NCBI RefSeq assembly: GCF_041005995.1
Contig: NZ_CP163122.1
Direction: 5' to 3' (one strand)
DNA length: 32,000 nucleotides
From: Escherichia coli
GTDB taxonomy: Bacteria > Pseudomonadota > Gammaproteobacteria > Enterobacterales > Enterobacteriaceae
The position numbers and the translations under genes are program-made. Below the pieces are notes generated by a model that had not been told where the DNA came from, did not search any database, and saw only the letters and a program-made list of their open reading frames with translations. Shown here piece by piece: positions 9,641-18,242 of the stretch; the first letter of the stretch is position 1, and the number at the start of each line of letters is the position of its first letter.

Positions 9641-10018
9641 TCATATATACCCTAAGCCTTTATTTATTTCTATTATCCTTCTGCTGGTTTGCTTTATATT
9701 AAAATTAAGCTTATCAACTTCATTTTTATCAAAATACTCATTGCCATTTAATTTTTTAACAGCTTGATTTATGTTGTTGCCTATAGCTGAAAGTTGTATA
9801 TAGGTCTTCTGATTTACTTCAGGCATTTTCCTTTTAATAACTGGTTCAGCGTTTAAAATCTCTTTTCGAATGTAATGGCCTCTTTCAAGTCCAGAGGCTT
9901 CCACTAATGATTTTAAATATTCAAACTCTGCTTTGTTTACTCTAAACTGTATAGATATATCTCTGCGTTCGTCAGCATTTAAATTTATACGTCCTCGTTT
10001 TCTGTCTGTTGTTGGCAT
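9641..10018 (-). CDS. MobC-like relaxosome accessory protein
   Basis: 125 aa. RVNKAEFEYLKSLVEASGLERGHYIRKEIL...IGNNINQAVKKLNG is the usual MobC pattern; it lies immediately upstream of the relaxase. Confidence 0.8.
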   Translation of the reverse strand: MPTTDRKRGRINLNADERRDISIQFRVNKAEFEYLKSLVEASGLERGHYIRKEILNAEPVIKRKMPEVNQKTYIQLSAIGNNINQAVKKLNGNEYFDKNEVDKLNFNIKQTSRRIIEINKGLGYI

Positions 10019-10278
10019 TTTTTATTCCTCATAATAATGTAATCCTCTGTTGCTCTTATGTAGTCGTTATCATTTTCAATAATTAATGCTTGAATAAGTT
10101 CATCAGCTTTATTTTCTGTAATGTATCTATTAGCTACAAAATAACATAAGTCCTGCTCATCTATATTTATTTCACTAAATGCTATATCTTTGTTTTGTTC
10201 TATATAATAAAAAAACCTTGCAAGTATTTCGAGCTTATACTCTATAGTCATACTATTCATTAAGTTTTCTACATTCAT
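9985..10278 (-). CDS. Hypothetical protein in the mobilization operon
   Basis: 97 aa ORF overlapping the start of the mobC-like gene, with ATGA overlap with the upstream small ORF. Confidence 0.55.
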   Translation of the reverse strand: MNVENLMNSMTIEYKLEILARFFYYIEQNKDIAFSEINIDEQDLCYFVANRYITENKADELIQALIIENDNDYIRATEDYIIMRNKKCQQQTENEDV

Positions 10279-10451
10279 GTTCGATTATTCCTCTTGTATT
10301 TAATCAGTGCTTTTTTATCTATCATTTTTCTAACATCTGATATTGCCTGCTTTGCTTCGCTTGATGTGTTTGTCTTACCCATACAACTACGGATCATAAA
10401 TGCACCTAAAAGAATACAAAGAAGCATCATTCCTACAGATACAAGCATCAT
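10275..10451 (-). CDS. Small membrane protein in the mobilization operon (58 aa, below the ORF-track cutoff)
   Basis: Manual translation MMLVSVGMMLLCILLGAFMIRSCMGKTNTSSEAKQAISDVRKMIDKKALIKYKRNNRT*. Preceded by GGAGGGG and ending in ATGA overlap with the next start. Confidence 0.6.
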   Translation of the reverse strand: MMLVSVGMMLLCILLGAFMIRSCMGKTNTSSEAKQAISDVRKMIDKKALIKYKRNNRT

Positions 10452-10873
10452 AATATTTCCCCTCCGTATTGATTGAACAAATCAGAATAAATGAAATTAA
10501 GTTCAGCGTATTGTTCCTCAGTATCGTTATTACATATAAAATCATATATCCTCTTGATTATTCCTTGCTCTACAAAATAATCAGTATATACATCAAAAAG
10601 ACTATCTATATTAACATCTAACTCTACGTTTGCTTGTATGTAAAAAAAGCATCTTTGATATAAAATACTAGTTAATGCACTAATGGCTTTTTGATTATCA
10701 TTATTGTAAATATATCTTAAATCAAAATACATCTTTAATGCTTTTTTATATTGTGCATCATTTAAATTAAAAGCATCACTTTCTAATAAGTAATCTTTAT
10801 CTGTATATACAGCTAACCTACTTTCAAAATCTTCATGCATATTAAATGCTCCTATTATAGTTATAATATCCAA
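10448..10873 (-). CDS. Hypothetical protein, first gene of the mobilization operon
   Basis: 141 aa ORF overlapping the start of the 58-aa ORF. Confidence 0.55.
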   Translation of the reverse strand: MDIITIIGAFNMHEDFESRLAVYTDKDYLLESDAFNLNDAQYKKALKMYFDLRYIYNNDNQKAISALTSILYQRCFFYIQANVELDVNIDSLFDVYTDYFVEQGIIKRIYDFICNNDTEEQYAELNFIYSDLFNQYGGEIL

Positions 10874-10893
10874 TGTAAAACTACCGGGTTTTA

Positions 10894-11010
10894 CCGCCTC
10901 CCCTTTGATAAGGGGAATAGGCGGAAGGGTAGATCTTTTTCAACCCTACGAGCAAAGCGAGATAGGGCCAATCGAAGATTGGGGTATAATACCGGCTACG
11001 GGATTACACC
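10894..11010. promoter_or_regulatory. Palindrome-rich candidate oriT
   Basis: CCGCCTCCCCTT-TGAT-AAGGGG-AAT-AGGCGG (10894-10924), CCAATC-GAA-GATTGG (10968-10982) and GGTAT-A-ATACC (10983-10993), just upstream of the mob operon. Confidence 0.45.
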
Positions 11011-11192
11011 TTGCCTCAGTTTCCGAAAGCTAAAAAATAAAAGCTGAACTCAACTTATATTTAAATAAATAACCGATCTAAAAAACTAGTCAATAGCGGC
11101 TACATAAATAAATACACCGCACGATAAATAAAATGCAAATAAAGATAGGGTAAATAATATATTGTCTTTATGACAACTTTGGGGGGGGAAAT

Positions 11193-11305
11193 CGTCAAGG
11201 GCTAAATCGTGGGGTCCCGCTTGCGGGTTCCGATTTAGTGCTTGATGATATAGAGGAGGAAATAAAATTTATATGGGTGATGGTTCGACACTTCGAGCCA
11301 TCACC
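11193..11305. promoter_or_regulatory. Filamentous phage (f1/M13)-like single-strand DNA origin region
   Basis: CGTCAAGGGCTAAATCGTGGGGTCCCGCTTGCGGGTTCCGATTTAGTGCTTGATGAT forms a long hairpin. A second hairpin follows, GGTGATGGTTCGA-CACT-TCGAGCCATCACC (11276-11305). GGGTTCCGATTTAGTGCTT and GGGTGATGGTTC match the f1 origin as recalled. Confidence 0.6.
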
Positions 11306-11319
11306 TTGGAAGACGTATT

Positions 11320-11595
11320 TTACATTCTCCTTCTGAAAGAAATCCTGTCAGAAAAAACCAACTTGCTAATAATAAACCCAACAATCGCAATGACAAATAA
11401 ACTAATATTTCCAGCTATTATTCCTGAACTCATACCGATCAAAACTGATAATATTATGGTGCTGAATACTATTAAAAATACACACCAACCCGGCGGAGCA
11501 CCGTATAATACAGTTGCTTGACATCCAGTGCATACGTGAACCCCTTTCTGACTTTCTTTTAGACAGTATGGGCATTGAATGGTATTATTTTCCAT
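11320..11595 (-). CDS. Small membrane protein with N-terminal zinc ribbon
   Basis: 91 aa, IQCPYCLKESQKGVHVCTGCQATVLYG plus two hydrophobic segments. Confidence 0.6.
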   Translation of the reverse strand: MENNTIQCPYCLKESQKGVHVCTGCQATVLYGAPPGWCVFLIVFSTIILSVLIGMSSGIIAGNISLFVIAIVGFIISKLVFSDRISFRRRM

Positions 11596-11606
11596 TTCCT
11601 ATTCCT

Positions 11607-11894
11607 CTAATCTTTCTTAAAAACCGCACCTTGGTAAACAACTCCATCTTTGACTTTTTCGATTTTAAAAGTCCAAGATCCGAGATTTTTGTTTTGCGTT
11701 TTGGCGATATAGATGGGTTTCTTGCTTTCATCCCAGCTTTTAACGGTAAAAACACCATCGCGAAACTTGATCACATCTTTCTGAATATCAAGCCTGACGC
11801 CGAACTGTTGATTAACATAGTTGCCATAGATGCCATCATCGCCACATCCTGCTAGCAGGACGGCAAGACCTGCCACTAACATAAATTTCCGCAT
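11607..11894 (-). CDS. Small lipoprotein
   Basis: 95 aa with lipobox (MRKFMLVAGLAVLLAGCGDDG). Confidence 0.7.
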   Translation of the reverse strand: MRKFMLVAGLAVLLAGCGDDGIYGNYVNQQFGVRLDIQKDVIKFRDGVFTVKSWDESKKPIYIAKTQNKNLGSWTFKIEKVKDGVVYQGAVFKKD

Positions 11895-12960
11895 AGCTTT
11901 TCCTTCACCAATAGCACAGATCTACGATTGACCTGTAAACGCCTTAGGATTCAATTATTTTCATGTCTAGTCATATCGTTTGTACCGATCGAAAAAACAA
12001 ATAATGATAGATAAGAACTATCAAAATAAAATAACCGATCGTTTAAACCAATTAATAACGATCGATTTAGCACCATTTGATTGTTAAAACCTATCAATAT
12101 TAACATATCGATCTTTCATACCGATTTATTTCTGTTAAGGATTTGGATCTTGAACGGACAACAGCGGGAAAAGTGCTATGGTGGGATATCTGGAACGAGA
12201 CTTTTTTTATATTTTTTAGATATATTTTCCTTTTTGCTTTATTAGACCTCGTTTTATAGTTTTTTTGATCTAGCTCTGCTTTATATTTTATTAGTGCCAT
12301 ATAAAACAAGGCACCTTTACTATAAATAAACTTAGCTTTACTAAGAGCTATATACTGCCTTGTGTTCGCCCCCGAAAATGGGACTTCACCCAAGGCTTCG
12401 CCTCCTGAAATTTTCAACTTATTTTGTTGAAAATCTATCAAGATTGGCGAAAACCAAGATGAAAGTATGACTTCACCCAAGTTGATCTGGCTTAAAGCTC
12501 TACATCGTTTCCAATGTAGGACACCCTACGACACCCCCAGATTCGTTCATGCAGATTAATGTATTGTTATCCCCTATTTATGCTTTCAACAAAGGTAGGG
12601 CTTTCTCATAGCTATTCCATATACAACTTCACTTATCTGTTTAGAACTTCGCTTCGGGTTGGTATTACGTCGCTTCCCCTTCTATACCTACAATCAACAA
12701 AACATACGGACATCTCTCATTAGCGACTCGCGCTCAATTGCTCCACATATGCAGACCTGATACAAAGGTTTATAATTTGATTGCTTTTGAGGACATTAAA
12801 GATTCTGGAAATGGTATTCAAAAGACTTGTAAAAAGCTCAGATTTAGATTTGACAAATATGAAAAGATTATTTAATACTTTATTATATTTGTAATCACGT
12901 TAATCCTCTAACTGATTACAAGACTTAAAAAAGTCAGCGAAAACTTTTTTAGTCCTTAAA

Positions 12961-12989
12961 AAGTCAGATTTAACATCTGGCTTTTTTTG
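12961..12989. terminator. Putative intrinsic terminator
   Basis: AAGTCAGAT-TTAAC-ATCTGGCTTTTTTTG, stem followed by a T run. Confidence 0.55.
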
Positions 12990-13084
12990 TATCTTTACTT
13001 TTTATAGATCTTATATTTTAATAGTCAATAGGAAGATAGAAGATATTTCACAAAATCATTTTGGTTAACGATAGCAGACTTAAT

Positions 13085-13110
13085 AAAGGTCAGATATATA
13101 TCTGACCTTT
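13085..13110. terminator. Perfect 26-bp palindrome, possible bidirectional terminator or binding site
   Basis: AAAGGTCAGATATATATCTGACCTTT. Confidence 0.45.
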
Positions 13111-13181
13111 TGCTTAAGATATCAATATTATTCATATAAAATCTCTAAACGCTATACAATCCATTTTGATATGTTTTATTT

Positions 13182-13457
13182 TCACATATAACAAATCATA
13201 ATAGCCTCTGTATGCATACACATTATATTTATTCTAACCTCTTCAAAATCTATGTATCTATGCTGACTTTGATCAATACTCTTCTTCGTTTTTTCAATAA
13301 TATCATCGTAAACGGTTTCCATATAATATTTATCAGTAAATAGATCGAATACTTCATTAGCAGGCTTCGCAAGCACTTTCTTGGTAAAGCGAGAGTATTC
13401 TAACAATGCTGTAAGTTCTGCTGAGTTCTGACTATTACATTTATTTTCTTTTTTCAT
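13182..13457 (-). CDS. Hypothetical protein
   Basis: 91 aa ORF with plausible composition; no domain recognised. Confidence 0.45.
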   Translation of the reverse strand: MKKENKCNSQNSAELTALLEYSRFTKKVLAKPANEVFDLFTDKYYMETVYDDIIEKTKKSIDQSQHRYIDFEEVRINIMCMHTEAIMICYM

Positions 13458-13579
13458 TTTTGGTTCCTTATTTAATCGTTAAGTAAATATCCCCCTACAC
13501 TTTCATGTATTATTTAAAAGGGATTATTGTATTTTATAAATATATGTTTATATTGCTTTCACATACTACCCATATATTA

Positions 13580-13780
13580 TTATGCAGCTGTATTACGTGA
13601 TGAATAGATCAGTTGTTCAATCCATTCATCAATCTCACTTTCAACAAAGGCACTGGCTCTTATTCCAATCTTAATCGGCTTAGGGAAATCCCCCTTACTA
13701 ATAAGTCTATAGATCCATGCTTTGCTAAATCCTGTTTTATTGATCACTTCCGGCATGCGAATAAGTTTTTTTGTTGTCAT
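13580..13780 (-). CDS. AlpA-family transcriptional regulator/excisionase
   Basis: MTTKKLIRMPEVINKTGFSKAWIYRLISKGDFPKPIKIGIRASAFVESEIDEWIEQLI. The track ORF extends upstream to 13882, but this internal start fits the family. Confidence 0.85.
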   Translation of the reverse strand: MTTKKLIRMPEVINKTGFSKAWIYRLISKGDFPKPIKIGIRASAFVESEIDEWIEQLIYSSRNTAA

Positions 13781-14106
13781 ATATTTCTCCGTTGTTGTTT
13801 TGATGAATGTAGTATCTTCAGATCGCTTATGACGTTCAACCCTCGGAAAATCAGAATTGAACTCGAATTGAGTGTTTTTCATACAAAAACAGATGAAATG
13901 GCGGGAGAGCTGTCACTGGGCGGGGTGTAGAGCGATTTAGCAATAAGTGCTATTTATTTTCCTGTTTCAAGGTATTTTATAATTTTCATATTAATCAATT
14001 ACTTAATAAACATCAGTTTAAATTCTGACTTAATTCTTATCTGCATTAGCCAAGAAAAAGGGCTATGGCCGTTAAGACATAACCCTTCTTTCATCAGCAG
14101 TTATCC

Positions 14107-15321
14107 TTACCCACACCGATTAAACGTTCCCTGTACGACATTACCGCCTTTCTCAAGGCTTACCATGTAGTCGGCATACCATTGCAGCATCTCGCGTCTG
14201 CCATCGAGATATTGCGCATGGTTGTAGGTGCCACGGATAGCATTCTTATCAACATGTGCTAGTTGGGTTTCAATCCATGCGGTGTTGTAGCCCTGTTCAT
14301 GAAGAACGGTGCTCATGGTATGACGGAAGCCGTGACCCGTAACCCGTCCTGTATAGCCGATTCGCTTAAATACCTGATTGATACTGGCTTCGCTCATGGT
14401 CTTACTTGGATCATTGCGGCCCGGAAACAGCAAAGGGAATTGTCCCGTCATTGCTCTGATCTTTTCGATAATGGCTAACGCTTGGGTAGATAGCGGGATG
14501 ATATGAGGACGGCGCATTTTCATACGTTCAGCAGAAATTTCCCATAGCGCTTTCTCGGAATCGATTTCCGACCATAAGGCACCACGCAATTCACCCGTTC
14601 TTAGGCCAGTAAGGATCAATAATCTTGCTGCCAACACCATCAATTCACTACCAGAGTAGCCAGCAAGGGCTTTAAAAAAGGCAGGAAGCTCTTCGGTGGT
14701 CAGGAACGGGTAATGTTTAGATTCATGCCCCTGCATGGCACTGGTGAGATCAGGAGCGGGATTATACTCGGCTCTGCCTGTCACGATGGCATAGCGAAAC
14801 ACTTCACCACATCGTTGGCGCACTTTCTTTGCTTTCTCTGTTGCACCTCTGGCTTCGATTTTTTTAAGCACATTAAGAAGCTCTAATGGCTTAATGTCCG
14901 CAACAGGCCGTTGACCAAGAAAAGGAAAAATATCTTTATTGAAAGCTTCGAGAATGTCAGAGGCATACCCAACTGACCATTTTTTCACTTTCATGCTGTG
15001 CCATTCGAGCGCAATTTGCTGAAAGGTGTTTTTGACCTGCGCTTCACGCTCAGCTTTATGTTCTTTCTTAAGCTCTAAAGGATCGATACCCCCAGCGATA
15101 CCTTTTCGAGCTTCATCACGCTTTGCTCTGGCATCAGCCAAAGACACATCGGGATATACCCCCAGCGCCAATAACTTTTCCTTTCCATCGATACGATACT
15201 TTAAACGCCAGTAGCGTGACCCGTTAGTTTTAACCAATAAGTAGAGGCCACCACCATCAGCCATCTTGTAGGGTTTATCTTTGGGCTTGGCAGTCTCGAC
15301 CTGTCTGGCATTGAGCTTCAT
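14107..15321 (-). CDS. P4-type tyrosine integrase (DUF4102 N-terminal domain)
   Basis: 404 aa. MKLNARQVETAKPKDKPYKMADGGGLYLLVKTNGSRYWRLKYRIDGKEKLLALGVYPDVSLADAR; catalytic GHGFRHTMSTVLHEQGY and THAQYLDGRREML. Confidence 0.95.
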   Translation of the reverse strand: MKLNARQVETAKPKDKPYKMADGGGLYLLVKTNGSRYWRLKYRIDGKEKLLALGVYPDVSLADARAKRDEARKGIAGGIDPLELKKEHKAEREAQVKNTFQQIALEWHSMKVKKWSVGYASDILEAFNKDIFPFLGQRPVADIKPLELLNVLKKIEARGATEKAKKVRQRCGEVFRYAIVTGRAEYNPAPDLTSAMQGHESKHYPFLTTEELPAFFKALAGYSGSELMVLAARLLILTGLRTGELRGALWSEIDSEKALWEISAERMKMRRPHIIPLSTQALAIIEKIRAMTGQFPLLFPGRNDPSKTMSEASINQVFKRIGYTGRVTGHGFRHTMSTVLHEQGYNTAWIETQLAHVDKNAIRGTYNHAQYLDGRREMLQWYADYMVSLEKGGNVVQGTFNRCG

Positions 15322-15351
15322 CTGGGGGTATCTCCTTTAGACCGAACAGCG

Positions 15352-15373
15352 AATACCCCCATTGATACCCCCA
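15352..15373. repeat. Paired AATACCCCCA/GATACCCCCA repeats, 12-bp period (putative integrase arm sites, right)
   Basis: AATACCCCCATTGATACCCCCA, plus an inverted copy GGGGGTATC near 15324-15332. Mirrors 5977-6000. Confidence 0.55.
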
Positions 15374-15496
15374 ACTCACCGTAGATTTCTGTGAACGTGA
15401 GTAGACGAGCAGAGACAACAAGGGCCGTGAAACCGCGTATTATAAGGGTTTAAAGGGTATTTGAGTAGACTTAAGGAGACGTTAAAATAGGTAGGA

Positions 15497-15542
15497 TGGT
15501 GCCGATAATAGGAGTCGAACCTACGACCTTCGCATTACGAAT
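15497..15542 (-). tRNA. thrW: 3' fragment (46 nt) of tRNA-Thr (thrW) = att core
   Basis: Reverse complement ATTCGTAATGCGAAGGTCGTAGGTTCGACTCCTATTATCGGCACCA equals the 3' part of tRNA-Thr(CGU), the known P22 attachment core. The 5' half is absent. Confidence 0.9.
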
Positions 15543-16289
15543 TATAAGAATCCGCTTCTAATTCAAAGTATTATCCCATCAACACTGTGCTCACACGTCC
15601 CACCACATCAAAACATGTAAAGCCTTGCAAGCCATTGTGAGGCCTTATGTGTCTCAGTTTTGTCCCACCTTGTATTATGACTTGCATAGCCAATGAAGAT
15701 AAACGTGACGACAAACAGCGCAGCAGTCTTCTTTTCTTTCACACTTTCCCCAATCAGCATACATACTTTCTACCATAACTGTAGTGAATGTCTGTTATGA
15801 GCGAGCAAAAGAGATTCAATTACCGGGGAATTACTCCGACATAAGCTCTCCCAGAAACACCGGAACAGCGATTCGCATATTCTCTTCTATACTTTCAGTC
15901 TGACCGGCTGGAGATTTCATAGCAAGAAAATGGATGCGCCAAGACCTATGCGGGAAAGAGGCTGAGGAAATAATTGCCGATAGCACTGTGCCCGCCGAAA
16001 AGTTAATCTGGCACGCAATGACGCGCGTCCTTGGGGCATCAGGAATCAGAGAGCCAACTTAACAACCCATTATATATTATTTAACCGGACCGTTACATGT
16101 ACAAAGTTCAATGATTAGTGATTCTGTGACGCCACATACAACCTAAGCCCCTGATATAAAACCAGTCTATGCAACACCTAAAAATCATATATGATAGGGT
16201 GATAAGTCAACGCGCAGTATAAAAATTAAGCTAAAAAATGCTTTCAGCATAGTGAATCTATTTCACACTACATAATTAAGGATGAAAAA

Positions 16290-17135
16290 ATGACTGCACC
16301 AGTAATTAGTTTTATCAATATGAAAGGTGGGGTTGGTAAAACAACTTTATGCGTTGGGATTGCTGAGTTTTTAGCCAACCATATGGGGCGCAAGGTTCTA
16401 GTTATCGATATTGATCCTCAATTTAATGCCACTCAGTCCTTAATGGGGCATTATGATCGAGTAGAAGAATATATGACTGCCCTTCGCCCTAATAATCAAA
16501 CCATTCGAAAGATTTTTGAGCTTCCAAATTCATTAATGGAAGATGAAAAGAAAGTGACACCAGAACAGGTCATTACTAAAGTTTCAGACAATCTTGATAT
16601 TATCTTAGGTGATATAAACATTATCTTTGATACTAACCAAGAGGGTATTAGAATAAAAATGTTGCGTAAATTCATCACCGAAAATGACTTAAAAGAAAGT
16701 TACGACTATATCTTTATCGATAGCCCCCCAACAATCTCATTATTTACAGATACCGCACTCCTTGCTTCTGATTATTATCTTACTCCGGTTAAAATTGATC
16801 ACTACTCGGTGCTTGGAGCAAGCAGTTTAAATAGCGTTATAAGAAATATGCGCACACATCATGAGAAAGAAATCAAGCAAGTCGGTTACATTTATACAAA
16901 CACTGATGCTGAAATGACCAATAAAACAAGGGAAATTAAAGAACAATTCGAAAACCATACTCAATTTACAAATTTTTATTTCTTTGAAAATCAATTAACC
17001 TACGTGCGTGATTTAATGGTAGGTTATCAAGGAAATATTCCTTCTTGTTATTCAAAGTCACGCCAAGATATAGAAAAGATCTGTAACGAATTTATTAACA
17101 GAGTGGCTCACTTGGAAGGTAACACAAATGAATAA
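16290..17135 (+). CDS. ParA/Soj-like P-loop ATPase
   Basis: 281 aa with deviant Walker A NMKGGVGKTTL, VLVIDIDPQFNAT and YIFIDSPPT. Confidence 0.9.
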   Translation: MTAPVISFINMKGGVGKTTLCVGIAEFLANHMGRKVLVIDIDPQFNATQSLMGHYDRVEEYMTALRPNNQTIRKIFELPNSLMEDEKKVTPEQVITKVSDNLDIILGDINIIFDTNQEGIRIKMLRKFITENDLKESYDYIFIDSPPTISLFTDTALLASDYYLTPVKIDHYSVLGASSLNSVIRNMRTHHEKEIKQVGYIYTNTDAEMTNKTREIKEQFENHTQFTNFYFFENQLTYVRDLMVGYQGNIPSCYSKSRQDIEKICNEFINRVAHLEGNTNE

Positions 17136-17526
17136 ACAATTAATTAAAGCGCTCAATAAAGCTAATAATATGCCCATGACCAAAGAAAACTTCTTAGGCT
17201 TGGTAATTATGTTGATTCTTTCAAAAGAGGTTTTTAGATCAAATTTTGATGTTAGTAAATTTATTAACAAAACCTTCAAAATATCTTTTTTGAATTATGC
17301 TGTACGGTCAAGAACTTTGATGTGCGCTAAAATTTGCAAACATATTAATGAATTAAGTGAGAATGACATAAAGATGGCTTATACGCATTTCTTAAACAAC
17401 ATTAACACATTAGACATTATTTTTAATGATGCAAATAAAACAAGCCAAAAATCCACATCTAAAAGCAAGCATGCTATAAGGAATTTAAATATTTGGATTA
17501 ATGCAAATAAAAAGGAAGAAGAATAA
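17128..17526 (+). CDS. Hypothetical protein, middle gene of ParA cassette
   Basis: 132 aa, start overlaps the parA-like stop by 8 nt. Confidence 0.7.
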   Translation: MNKQLIKALNKANNMPMTKENFLGLVIMLILSKEVFRSNFDVSKFINKTFKISFLNYAVRSRTLMCAKICKHINELSENDIKMAYTHFLNNINTLDIIFNDANKTSQKSTSKSKHAIRNLNIWINANKKEEE

Positions 17527-18191
17527 TGCTCACGCAGGATCCCTTCAACATTGGAAGAGATGTAAATTATTTTAGAGCGGAGGTGCAAAAGCACCTCAGA
17601 ACCACTGATGAAATAAACAAATCAGTATCAATATTTAGGCAAATAAGTCTTTGTAATACAATTTTAAGTCACAATCCTAATCTAAATCACTCTTCTTATA
17701 TAAAAGGTTTTATATATGATACCTTAAACTCCTTAATTGCCATTATAAAAAAAAGAGAACGGTATCTCCAACTGAACTTCCGCTCAATGGTGGAGCATGT
17801 GGCCAGAATAAGCCTCAATAAGAACTACAATGGTGGGGATTTTGACCAAACTGTACGTCGTAGAGACTTTGACTTCTTAAAAGCCCAACAAGTCGATGAA
17901 GGCTGGTCTTATTTACATAATGTCTATATCAACGCCTGTTATTATGTTCACTCCTCCCCCCAAGCGAACCTAAATGTTACATCAACATTTATATCACTTA
18001 TGGAGGGAGATTGTAATTCAACACAGCATAAAATGGTGAAAAAACTTCATGAGGTAGTATCGGCGCTGATGAGAATCATTATAAAGTATTATCATCAGCA
18101 TATCTCAAACATTTTCTTTAGAAACAAAAAGGATTTAGAGAAAATAATGGGAAAAAGCCTTTATTCATATTATACCAGCTTAGACAATTAA
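17526..18191 (+). CDS. HEPN-like helical protein, third gene of ParA cassette
   Basis: 221 aa with FRSMVEHVARI (R-x4-H pattern). TAATG stop/start overlap with the preceding gene. Confidence 0.6.
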   Translation: MLTQDPFNIGRDVNYFRAEVQKHLRTTDEINKSVSIFRQISLCNTILSHNPNLNHSSYIKGFIYDTLNSLIAIIKKRERYLQLNFRSMVEHVARISLNKNYNGGDFDQTVRRRDFDFLKAQQVDEGWSYLHNVYINACYYVHSSPQANLNVTSTFISLMEGDCNSTQHKMVKKLHEVVSALMRIIIKYYHQHISNIFFRNKKDLEKIMGKSLYSYYTSLDN

Positions 18192-18242
18192 TTCTCTCAT
18201 ATTCATTGCGTAGAGCATAAATATCTATCTAACCACCTAAAA

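Noticed and set aside
10294-10476. 60-aa plus-strand ORF MYLISAFLSIIFLTSD...
   Set aside because: It is antisense to the better supported 58-aa minus-strand ORF with ribosome-binding site and coupled stop/start.
12100-12480. 126-aa ORF MGEVILSSWFSPILIDFQQNK...
   Set aside because: The translation corresponds to minus-strand reading from a TTG start, has low-complexity, unlikely composition, and no recognisable domain or ribosome-binding site. Not called.
15497-15542. Functional tRNA gene
   Set aside because: Only the 3' 46 nt of tRNA-Thr are present; upstream sequence (TATAAGAATCC... region) does not form the acceptor/D-arm half.
16290-17135. Plasmid partition locus
   Set aside because: No ParB, centromere-like iteron array or replication gene seen nearby; the two coupled downstream genes do not look like ParB/ParG. 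Retained as a possible defense-like cassette instead, with partition not fully excluded.
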